DNA of 28,858 bases. It comes from Chlamydiota bacterium (GTDB taxonomy: Bacteria > Chlamydiota > Chlamydiia > Chlamydiales > Criblamydiaceae). The stretch's first letter is position 1, and each line of letters opens with the position of its first letter. The stretch is from NCBI GenBank assembly GCA_021772365.1, contig JAJFMC010000212.1, forward strand, positions 1 through 28,858, in the 5' to 3' direction. The translations under genes were made by a program, and so were the position numbers. The notes below the pieces were generated by a model. That model had not been told where the DNA came from. It saw nothing but the letters and a program-made list of their open reading frames with translations, and searched no databases. Below, piece after piece: positions 9,042 through 17,447 of the stretch.

Positions 9042-9637
9042 AGAGGTTGATTCTCTTTTTTATCTTTACCTTCTCTGTAGCTAACGCTAAGGATTTTGGT
9101 ATCGTTGGTCACGTCATTCCAATAAAAGAAAACAATATCATTGATGTTATCAGAGAAAGGGCAGAGGCAGTTACAGACTGTGAAAAAGATGCTCTTCAAA
9201 AAAAAATCAGATCTCATTATGAGAAAAAACTCAGAAATCCGAAGCCTGTCGACATAGCAGAGACAAGGGTCTATACGATACATTATTTCGATCCCACGAT
9301 TATAGTAAACGAAGATATCAAGGATCACGAAGGGAAAACTATTATTGAAAAAGGGACAAAGCATAATCCGCTAATCATGAGTCGGCTCAACAACGATTTA
9401 CTTCTCTTTAACGGTGATGATGCCGAACAGGTAGAGTGGGCAAAGAGTCACTCTGGTGTTTGGATCTTAGTGAGGGGAAAGCCGTTAGAACTGGAAGAGT
9501 CAGAAAAAAGACCCGTATTTTTTGACCAACAAGGAATCCTTTGCAAAAAGTTCAAGGTGAAATCAGTACCCGCCAAAATTTCACAACATGATTTACTCCT
9601 AAAGGTAGAGTCAATGCCGAAAGGGGCTAGATTGTGA
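9038..9637 (+). CDS. traW: TraW pilus assembly protein
   Basis: AKDFGIVGHVIPIKE, YFDPT, VFFDQQGILCKKF..VPAKISQ. Confidence 0.88.
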   Translation: MKRLILFFIFTFSVANAKDFGIVGHVIPIKENNIIDVIRERAEAVTDCEKDALQKKIRSHYEKKLRNPKPVDIAETRVYTIHYFDPTIIVNEDIKDHEGKTIIEKGTKHNPLIMSRLNNDLLLFNGDDAEQVEWAKSHSGVWILVRGKPLELEESEKRPVFFDQQGILCKKFKVKSVPAKISQHDLLLKVESMPKGARL

Positions 9638-10257
9638 AACAGCTGTTTTTTTTGATAATTCTTCTGTCAAACTCTCTCTCTGCATCCGATACTTGGATTG
9701 AGGAAAATATCTATAAAAAACAAGATGATGGGAAAAATCGCGCCGAAGAAGAGACTTGGTTTAAAGAGAATCTCAAAAAGATACTGTCTGAGTCAAAGAA
9801 ATACGATTTAACCGAGATTAAGGCTAATACAGATAAAATTTTGGCTAGGTCTGTCCCTTGCAAGACTTCGGTGGGTGTTTACGAGGACTACACGATTTAT
9901 ATTCTAATGACTTTCGATCTTCCTGAAGCTCTCTGGAGTGAATATTCCCCCATTTTGGAAAAGATAGGCGGGGCTTTTGTCGTCAGAGGATTGCCAAATG
10001 ATAGTTTTATTGAGTTTTCCAAAAAAATAAAAATTTTTAGGGAAAAAGGAATAACCGCACCCGTTCAGCTAAACCCTAAGCTTTTTGAAAAATATCAAGT
10101 GGAACTATCCCCATCAATTCTTTTACTTGAAGGGGACAGATATGACAAGATTACAGGCACTGTTTCGATTACCTACGCTCTCGAGCAATTTGAAAAATTT
10201 GGAGATACAAATACCGCGGCCGGTCTCCAAGCTAAACTTTTTGGGGGTATCCATTGA
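9634..10257 (+). CDS. trbC: TrbC (F-type) pilus assembly protein
   Basis: LMTFDLP..VVRGLPNDSF..VQLNPKLFEKYQV..PSILL. Confidence 0.85.
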   Translation: MKQLFFLIILLSNSLSASDTWIEENIYKKQDDGKNRAEEETWFKENLKKILSESKKYDLTEIKANTDKILARSVPCKTSVGVYEDYTIYILMTFDLPEALWSEYSPILEKIGGAFVVRGLPNDSFIEFSKKIKIFREKGITAPVQLNPKLFEKYQVELSPSILLLEGDRYDKITGTVSITYALEQFEKFGDTNTAAGLQAKLFGGIH

Positions 10258-11249
10258 AACAGAGGTTTCTATGCATATTTCTCTTTGCCCAATTTTCGTT
10301 ATTTGCCGATGGAGGATCCATTGTCAATCCTCTCACGACAATTTGTTGGGAGTGTGTATTCCCCATGACAGTTTCCGGCGCTAACATTACACCTGGGCAC
10401 AAGGATTTCCAAAGTCATAGTGATATCTTCTGTTATTGCCATGGAGTACCTCCAAAGGCCGGTGTCCCATTGACTTTTTGGGAGCCAACCAAATTAATTG
10501 ACGTCACGAAAGAGGCGTATAAACTCGTCGGATTGGGAGGTGTATCAATAGGAAAAGCGACGATAAAAAACAGGGGGGTTCTCAGTAAAAGTGGTTCGGG
10601 ATCTCAAACAAGCTTTGCCCATATTCACATCTATGATTATCCCGTATTTGCCATACTCGGACTTTTGACAGATTTTGCCTGTATTGAGGACAGCGAATGC
10701 GATCTTTGTTATTTCTCGGAGTTGGACCCTAGTTGGTATGATGATAGCCTCGCAAACATTCTTAACGCCGATGGTACCCTCTTTGCTGACCCTCTTGCTC
10801 AAATCGCATGTGTGGCAGACTGTACGAGTTCTTCCCTATCCAAACCATTGGATAAGCTATTCTGGTGTGCTGGATGTCACGGCTCCCTTTATCCATTTTC
10901 AGGGACAGTAGGAGCACATGTTGGTGATATTCAGGCGAGCCTTCTTTTGATGCAAAGGGGAATTGCTAAACTGCACAGGTCGGGATTCATTAAGGGGTAT
11001 AAAGAGGGAAACTATTGTGAGCAAAGCTATATGCCCGTCTGGAAAAAGACCCTATACAAATCGCAGATTGTCTATCCAGTTCCACAGACTAAGGGGGAGT
11101 GCCCCTCATTGGGAGGTACTGAAGTTATTTGGGGATCGGGAAAGTCATATCCCTACAAAGGAGAAGAATTTGTTTATGTTCTTTGGACAAAGAGACAGTG
11201 CTGCCTAGATGCTTCCAAGGTTGCGGCGTCGGAGGGGAGGCTATGGTAA
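10254..11249 (+). CDS. traU: TraU
   Basis: NPLTTICWECVFP, FWEP, YFSELDPSW, FWCAGC.GSLYP, KTLYK.Q; Cys-rich. Confidence 0.92.
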   Translation: MKQRFLCIFLFAQFSLFADGGSIVNPLTTICWECVFPMTVSGANITPGHKDFQSHSDIFCYCHGVPPKAGVPLTFWEPTKLIDVTKEAYKLVGLGGVSIGKATIKNRGVLSKSGSGSQTSFAHIHIYDYPVFAILGLLTDFACIEDSECDLCYFSELDPSWYDDSLANILNADGTLFADPLAQIACVADCTSSSLSKPLDKLFWCAGCHGSLYPFSGTVGAHVGDIQASLLLMQRGIAKLHRSGFIKGYKEGNYCEQSYMPVWKKTLYKSQIVYPVPQTKGECPSLGGTEVIWGSGKSYPYKGEEFVYVLWTKRQCCLDASKVAASEGRLW

Positions 11250-12886
11250 GGATTCTCTTTATATTAATTTTCTCATCTTTCACCACTTTTGCAAATGGAG
11301 AATCACTTTCCAAAGGGGAAAAGAAGCGAATACAGGTGGAGGCTAAAAACCTCGGTAAAAACTCGATAAACGATGTCTTTAAAAGCTTAGAAGGTTTTTG
11401 TTTATCGGATGACCTCTTACCCGAGAAGGACAAGGGGAAAGAGTTTGATGGTAAAAAGGCTAAAGAGGATGTTTTAACCGGCAAGGTGAAGTCTAATCCT
11501 GTTGTCGAATTTCTCGAGGAAAATTCTATTGTAAATAGCTACCTGTCTGAAAACGAAATGCTCTTTTCTGATGAGCTTAACGAGGTAGGTTCTGAAGAGG
11601 GAGAGTATCTAGAGGTTTGCAAAGAGTCGGCTGACCCCGTCACCTTCCATTTTACAAGGACTCTAAATTACGATTTGGAAAAAGAGCTTGAAAAAGTGAT
11701 GGTATTAAAGTGCTTAGGACATAATGAAAGTAGAAAGGTAACTAGGGGGAAGGGAGAATCAAAAGCCAAGAAGAAAAGTAAAACGTTTGAGTCAGACCAA
11801 AATATTAAATGGTTTAAGGTGAAAAATTATAAAAAGGGATCTGATCATCACGACGTCGTTGAATCAAACTGGAGACATGTTGATGACTGTTTGTCATGTT
11901 CTCACAATGAAAAAGTAGTCGAATTTAGGGAAACCGGTTCATGGAGAATCATCAATGAAAAATGGGAGTACAGTAATTCATCAATCAAGAAGATCGCTTA
12001 TGACTCTAAATCTAGGTTGGTTTCTAAAAAATGCTTAGATAATGTTGCGAGAGATATTAATGGAACAAAACTTTCTCAGTGCTGGGTAGAGAGATTTGAG
12101 TTCATCTATACCCCAGAAAAAGTTTCTGGATGTGATTTTCTAAAAAGTCAATTCTGCAAGCTTAAATTAAGCGAATGCTTAAAAAATGGCCCATTTGGGT
12201 GTGATCTGTGGAAGAGAACCTTCAGTTGTTACAAAGCACTTAACCGTAAAAAACAATACGAATTAGATAGTGAAGATCTTGGGTTGGCAGATTTTATAGT
12301 GGAAGGGGTGTACGAACCAAACGAAAGTTTATCAGACGTTACAACGAAGCTCCAAATATTCAATGAAATGGATAAGGATCTACAGAACACAGATATGATA
12401 GATACCCAAAATTTTGAGTTTTTCTCAGGTAAGAAACACCGTTGCTACGTAAATTTTTTAGGAGATCTAGTTTATGATTGCTGCAATAAAATGGGGGGGC
12501 TAGCTGTCGATGCAGTAATGTCAAAATGTGATGAAGAAGAGTTAGCCTTATTGGATCTAAATAATCGAGGACAGTGCCACTATGTTGGGAAAAAAAATCA
12601 TTCTGAGCTTGGTGTGAAAGTGTCTAAGAAGAAGATTTTCTGCTGTTTTTCTTCGAAATTAGCAAGAATATTTGTTGAAGAAGCGAAAGACCAACTGGGT
12701 TTAACTTGGGGAACAGCAGAAAAACCTGATTGTGGGGGATTATCTCAATCTCAAATTCAAGAGGTAGATTTTGATAAAATCAATCTATCTTCGGCATTTG
12801 AAGTCCCGGCAGCTGACTTCAATGAACGTATCAATAGACTCCAACAAAAGATATCAGATGGGTTGAAACAAGGAGAGAAGAATTGA
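11243..12886 (+). CDS. traN: TraN mating-pair stabilisation protein
   Basis: Start reassigned to ATG 11243 (signal peptide MVRILFILIF). C-terminal FFSG..C...DCC, CHYVG, FCCFSSKLARI, WG.AEKPDCGGL, DFDKINLS. Confidence 0.9.
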   Translation: MVRILFILIFSSFTTFANGESLSKGEKKRIQVEAKNLGKNSINDVFKSLEGFCLSDDLLPEKDKGKEFDGKKAKEDVLTGKVKSNPVVEFLEENSIVNSYLSENEMLFSDELNEVGSEEGEYLEVCKESADPVTFHFTRTLNYDLEKELEKVMVLKCLGHNESRKVTRGKGESKAKKKSKTFESDQNIKWFKVKNYKKGSDHHDVVESNWRHVDDCLSCSHNEKVVEFRETGSWRIINEKWEYSNSSIKKIAYDSKSRLVSKKCLDNVARDINGTKLSQCWVERFEFIYTPEKVSGCDFLKSQFCKLKLSECLKNGPFGCDLWKRTFSCYKALNRKKQYELDSEDLGLADFIVEGVYEPNESLSDVTTKLQIFNEMDKDLQNTDMIDTQNFEFFSGKKHRCYVNFLGDLVYDCCNKMGGLAVDAVMSKCDEEELALLDLNNRGQCHYVGKKNHSELGVKVSKKKIFCCFSSKLARIFVEEAKDQLGLTWGTAEKPDCGGLSQSQIQEVDFDKINLSSAFEVPAADFNERINRLQQKISDGLKQGEKN

Positions 12887-12912
12887 CTATTCACTATTAA
12901 CCACATAGTCAA
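12883..12912. promoter_or_regulatory. Perfect 8-bp inverted repeat TTGACTAT-N14-ATAGTCAA
   Basis: Arms at 12883-12890 and 12905-12912; the left arm overlaps the traN stop. Confidence 0.55.
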
Positions 12913-12936
12913 AGAATAGGAGGGTTAAGAAAAAAG

Positions 12937-12991
12937 TTGACTTGTAATTATGTGTATGGATAATTCCTTTATATGGAAGAATATATACACA
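12937..12991 (+). promoter_or_regulatory. abiE promoter with overlapping inverted-repeat operator
   Basis: TTGACT (12937-42), 16 bp, GATAAT (12959-64). 17-bp arms at 12951-67 and 12975-91 match at 13/17 positions and cover the -10. Confidence 0.6.
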
Positions 12992-13002
12992 GGATTGTTT
13001 AA

Positions 13003-13764
13003 ATGAATAAGGTGAAATTACTTAGAGAATTGGTTAACAGTGGTTTAAAGATATTTTCTTTAAAGGATGCAAGAGAAATGGCCATAAAAATTGGTTTAAA
13101 CGAAAAATCGGTTACAAAAATCCTTTATCATCTAAAAAAAGATGGATGGATAGAACCCATAAAAAATGGGGTATATTCTATCACCTCCGAGTCGGGTTTC
13201 GGACCACATCCTCATGATTTTGAGGTTGCCATGGCTATAGTTAATCCGTGCGCGATTAGCCACTGGACCGCTCTTCACTATCATCATCTCACCCAGCAAA
13301 CACCTAATATTATTTATGCAATCACCCCGATAGGGAGTACAATTCCCAATAAAAAGAAATCGATTTTTCACTTTGTTCGATTAAAAAAAGATCGCTATTT
13401 TGGGATTCAAAATGTCTGGATGGGAGAGGCGAAGGTTCAAATAACAGATCCGGAGCGAACGCTATTGGACGGCTTATTACATCCGCAATATTGCGGAGAT
13501 TTCAACGAGGTACTTCATGCGTTCAAGGTATGTGGAAGTGGTCTTGATCTAGATAAAATTGTTACATACTCTAAAAAATTAGGGGTCGCAACCGTGAAAA
13601 GGTTGGGATTTATATTAGAATCCCTCGGGGTAGATAATAAGTGGTTAAAAACCTTGGAAGAAGTGCCTGTTAACGGAATAAGAAAACTAGACCCAAGTGG
13701 TTCAACAAAGGGGACTAAAAGTAAAAGATGGAAAATTATTGAAAATATTGGAGGCGAATCATGA
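13003..13764 (+). CDS. abiEi: Type IV TA antitoxin, AbiEi family (wHTH + C-terminal domain)
   Basis: LKKDGWIEPIKNGVY wHTH, AISHWTALHYHHLTQQ, ITDPERTLLD. Confidence 0.88.
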   Translation: MNKVKLLRELVNSGLKIFSLKDAREMAIKIGLNEKSVTKILYHLKKDGWIEPIKNGVYSITSESGFGPHPHDFEVAMAIVNPCAISHWTALHYHHLTQQTPNIIYAITPIGSTIPNKKKSIFHFVRLKKDRYFGIQNVWMGEAKVQITDPERTLLDGLLHPQYCGDFNEVLHAFKVCGSGLDLDKIVTYSKKLGVATVKRLGFILESLGVDNKWLKTLEEVPVNGIRKLDPSGSTKGTKSKRWKIIENIGGES

Positions 13765-14639
13765 CTTTAAGTCCTCTTAGAAAAAGGTTAGATTCTGCAT
13801 CAAAAAAATCAGGCATCCGTCTTGACGTCATTCAGCAAGATTACTTACTGTCTTGGATTTTAGCGGGAATTTCACAGACTCCTTCTTTAAGTAGCTACTG
13901 TATTTTTAAAGGAGGAACAGCTCTAAAAAAGTGCTACTTCGGGGAATATCGGTTTTCTGAGGATATAGATTTTACTGCATTGAATGAGCTTCCATGTGGT
14001 GATGAATTAGAGGGTGAAATCAAAAAAGCTGTGAATATCGCCTCGGAAATGATCAATGAGTTCGCACCCGTTAAACTAAGATTTAGTAGATACAGTGAAA
14101 AATACCCTCATCCAGATGGCCAAGAAGCCTTTTCTATTTATGCTCAATACCAGTGGCAAAATCACCCACTAACGAAAGTCATGATTGAGATTACTAGAAA
14201 CGAGGATATGGTTTTAGAAAGCACAAAAAGAAGGATGATCCATTTATATGGTGAAGATATTGAAATTGATCTTCTTTCTTATTCATTAGAGGAGATTGTT
14301 CTTGAGAAGCACAGAGCGATCCTTCAGCACACCAAAAAATTGTACGAAAGAGATTGGGGGCGCTCCAGAGCCAGAGATTATTATGATCTTTGGAGGATAT
14401 TTAAGACGTACAAAGAATCACTTCAATTAGATGATTTTAAAAAAAATCTTATCCAAAAATGCAGCAAAAAAGAAGTGTTCTTCAAGGACTCGAATGATTT
14501 TTTTCAACCGATCACTTTAAATAATGTGAGGAAAACATGGAATCAGTGGCTAGGTCCTCTGGTTAAGGATCTTCCTAATGTAAATATCGTAATCGAAGAT
14601 CTTCAAGATATTGTGAGAGACCTTTTGGAGGAACAATGA
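13761..14639 (+). CDS. abiEii: Type IV TA toxin, AbiEii-family nucleotidyltransferase
   Basis: QDYLLSWIL, FKGGTALKKCYF..YRFSEDIDF, EK.RA, RARDYYDL. Confidence 0.92.
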   Translation: MTLSPLRKRLDSASKKSGIRLDVIQQDYLLSWILAGISQTPSLSSYCIFKGGTALKKCYFGEYRFSEDIDFTALNELPCGDELEGEIKKAVNIASEMINEFAPVKLRFSRYSEKYPHPDGQEAFSIYAQYQWQNHPLTKVMIEITRNEDMVLESTKRRMIHLYGEDIEIDLLSYSLEEIVLEKHRAILQHTKKLYERDWGRSRARDYYDLWRIFKTYKESLQLDDFKKNLIQKCSKKEVFFKDSNDFFQPITLNNVRKTWNQWLGPLVKDLPNVNIVIEDLQDIVRDLLEEQ

Positions 14640-15418
14640 ACCGAAAGTTCCACTTAAACAAGCTCCTGTTAGTGTGTTTTATTCTTCCTCATTTGCTACA
14701 AGCAGGTTGGCATGATCGAAGGTGCGAAGGATGGGCTTATTATGAAGAGAAATCTGTTCCAAAAGAAGACAATGAAAAGCCCATTCAAGTTACAAAAAAA
14801 CCATCGGAAGAACTTCAGGAGCGTAAAAATGAGATGGAAGATACTCTTGCAAAAGCCATTTTGGAGCCCACAGAAGAAAATATACAGAAGTACATTGAAT
14901 TACAAAATATGTGGCTTATTAGAGCTGGTGACGTGTCTAAAGTATGGGCTAAAGTGGTGTTAAAGAATCCCTCTTTGGATAATTCGATTTCCGGAACCCC
15001 AGTATCGAGCTATGGGTCAAAATTTTATCATAAACAAAAATCCCTATTGCAAAAGGATATTGTGAAATCGCTCGCTGAAAGTCACGGATTAATCTGCTTT
15101 TATGAGGGAAGGGACGAAGCTTCAAAAGAGTTTGCTAAGATGATTTCCCTGTTTTCCAAGAGATACGACTGGATAGTGCAGCCGATCTCTGTAGATGGAG
15201 TCATACTAGAAGAACTTCCAGGGAGTATTCTGGACAAGGGTTTAAAAGAACAATTTGGGATCACACATTTCCCTGCTGTATATGTGATTGAGCCAAACGA
15301 AACTGAAGCGATACCTGTAGGATTTGGTCTTGTATCTGTAGATATGATTGAAACAAATATAACCCTTCAATTTCGTGAGAATTTTGAAAAAGGGAAAATT
15401 CATAAACAATTGAAGTAG
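14636..15418 (+). CDS. traF: TraF
   Basis: Signal peptide, GW(A)YYE motif, LEPTEENI..Y, thioredoxin-like C-terminus without CxxC (FY...ISVDG..FPA). Confidence 0.88.
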   Translation: MNRKFHLNKLLLVCFILPHLLQAGWHDRRCEGWAYYEEKSVPKEDNEKPIQVTKKPSEELQERKNEMEDTLAKAILEPTEENIQKYIELQNMWLIRAGDVSKVWAKVVLKNPSLDNSISGTPVSSYGSKFYHKQKSLLQKDIVKSLAESHGLICFYEGRDEASKEFAKMISLFSKRYDWIVQPISVDGVILEELPGSILDKGLKEQFGITHFPAVYVIEPNETEAIPVGFGLVSVDMIETNITLQFRENFEKGKIHKQLK

Positions 15419-15427
15419 GAGAAAAAC

Positions 15428-16054
15428 ATGAGAAAATTGAGTATATTTGGGATTTTAATAGTGATGTTGGGTATAACAACTCTTTCATCAAGAGTTCATT
15501 ATGATTTTTTTGGGAAAAATACAGCTAAAAATTTAGCGTTTTCTAACCAAGTGATCGAGGAGATTTTGACTCCTGATGAATGGAATGGGAAAATACGTAC
15601 TGAAGAGTTGATTCAGGGTTCTGGAGACTTTATTGCTATTAATGACATTATCTCTGGAACTAAAGACTCATTCAACGAACAAATCGCATATTATTTAAAT
15701 GAAGAATTTCATGAAATAGAACACGGAAAATTATTGAATATTTGTCGGGGACTCGCCTGTAAGAACATGAAAAATGAATTTCAGAATAGGGGATGGGAAA
15801 CGGGTAAATTAGACTATGAGATTGTTTCTGAAAAACCTCAGGATATTATTCATGTATCGGAGGGGAGAACAAAGAATCCTGAAGTGGACTTTGGGGTACT
15901 TTATATCAGAAGAGAAGTTCAAATAAAGACATGGAGACTTGTTTTAAGTTATGAAAAAATAATATCCAAGGACAACCCCGGAAACAAAACTGAATGGATT
16001 GAGAGGATCAAAAATAGCTCAATGATCAACGATTGGATTTCTAGAAATCGATAA
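15428..16054 (+). CDS. Hypothetical exported or membrane-anchored protein
   Basis: 208 aa, co-oriented, with short gaps on both sides. N-terminal hydrophobic segment; no motif recognised. Confidence 0.65.
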   Translation: MRKLSIFGILIVMLGITTLSSRVHYDFFGKNTAKNLAFSNQVIEEILTPDEWNGKIRTEELIQGSGDFIAINDIISGTKDSFNEQIAYYLNEEFHEIEHGKLLNICRGLACKNMKNEFQNRGWETGKLDYEIVSEKPQDIIHVSEGRTKNPEVDFGVLYIRREVQIKTWRLVLSYEKIISKDNPGNKTEWIERIKNSSMINDWISRNR

Positions 16055-16067
16055 GAGGAGAACACCT

Positions 16068-17438
16068 GTGTGTTTATATCTATTCATATTTTTAATAATT
16101 TCCCTACCTGTTTTTTCTTCGCCTCAACAAGTTAGAAAAGACTTAGATAAATTTTTAAGTGAGTATAATTCAGGATCATCTCTTGAATCTCCAAAAATTT
16201 ATAAAGGTCAAATGGCGGGTTATGGTACAGCGGGAAGTTTAACAACACGCAACCGCGTATTTAACCGAAAGCCTTTAACAGTCACACCCCCTAGTTATTC
16301 TGCTGGTTGTGCGGGAATTGATGCTCATCTAGGAAGCTTTTCGTATATCTCAAAAGAGGAGTTAATAGATGCAATGAAAAACACAGCGTCTAATGCTGCA
16401 ACCTACGCCTTTTTGCTAACAGTAAAATCTGTGAGCCCTCAGGCAGAAGATACCATGTGCTGGCTTCAAGAAATGTCTAATCAAATTAATTCGATGAATA
16501 TTAATTCGTGTGAGTTGGCAGAACAGGCTGTAGGGGCTTCTTGGCCCAATGCTGTTGGGGCAAGGCAACATATTTGTCGTTCAATGAGTAGACAAAATGG
16601 ACTTTTGAGTGACATGGCCATCGCAAGGCATAAGTGTGCTGAAGATAATACCCGTTTAGGAAAAGATCCTGAATTGGGCGATTCTTTTGCGGGTTCTTAC
16701 AATTTAGCATGGGATATAATCAGTAAAGATCCATTTTTGACAACACAACCACAGTTTGCCGAACTTTTTATGTCGATTACTGGAACAATTGTTATAGGGG
16801 ATGATGGTGTTCCGAAGCATTACCCATCGATGGTTAATGATTCTTCATTCATGAAAAGTCTATTCGAGGGAGGGGAGTTAGAATGCTATTTATGCTCAGC
16901 ACTTGGGACAAAAGATCAGTCATTGCTGGATAATCTTTTTAAGAATTCAAAAGGATGTCTGGATATTGTAATGGGAAAAAAGAAGTTTTCTGGAACAAAC
17001 TCCTTTCACGCTGAAACGAAAAAGAAGCTTGAAAATATTCAAATTTCATTATCGGAAAACACTGAGCTACATGAGTCTGATAAAGAAATTTTAATGAAAA
17101 CAAGGCTTCCCGTTGGAAGAATTATTTGTGCTCTTACTGCATATCATAGAGGAAGATGCCCTGTAGAGATTGCGACCATTTCCGAGGTCGTAACAATGGA
17201 TATTATTTGCCAATATCTAAAAGACGTTGTTAGGAGTGCACGTGCAACAGCTTTACAACTCAAAGATATTCAGTTTGATGGGAAACCGATTGAGAACTTT
17301 ATTGATAATTTACGTGATGTAGAAAGGGTAATCTTAGAATACGAGACCAACTCCAGAAACGTGTTCGAGGAGCAGTTTCAGTTTATGAAGATGCTTGAAA
17401 TGATTGAAAACAACTTACAAAAAAATATTGCTCTGTAG
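16068..17438 (+). CDS. traH: TraH
   Basis: RBS AGAGGAG + GTG. GYGTAGSL..R, PPSYSAGCAGID...GSFSYI, INSCELA. Confidence 0.92.
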   Translation: MCLYLFIFLIISLPVFSSPQQVRKDLDKFLSEYNSGSSLESPKIYKGQMAGYGTAGSLTTRNRVFNRKPLTVTPPSYSAGCAGIDAHLGSFSYISKEELIDAMKNTASNAATYAFLLTVKSVSPQAEDTMCWLQEMSNQINSMNINSCELAEQAVGASWPNAVGARQHICRSMSRQNGLLSDMAIARHKCAEDNTRLGKDPELGDSFAGSYNLAWDIISKDPFLTTQPQFAELFMSITGTIVIGDDGVPKHYPSMVNDSSFMKSLFEGGELECYLCSALGTKDQSLLDNLFKNSKGCLDIVMGKKKFSGTNSFHAETKKKLENIQISLSENTELHESDKEILMKTRLPVGRIICALTAYHRGRCPVEIATISEVVTMDIICQYLKDVVRSARATALQLKDIQFDGKPIENFIDNLRDVERVILEYETNSRNVFEEQFQFMKMLEMIENNLQKNIAL

Positions 17439-17447
17439 GAATTAAAG

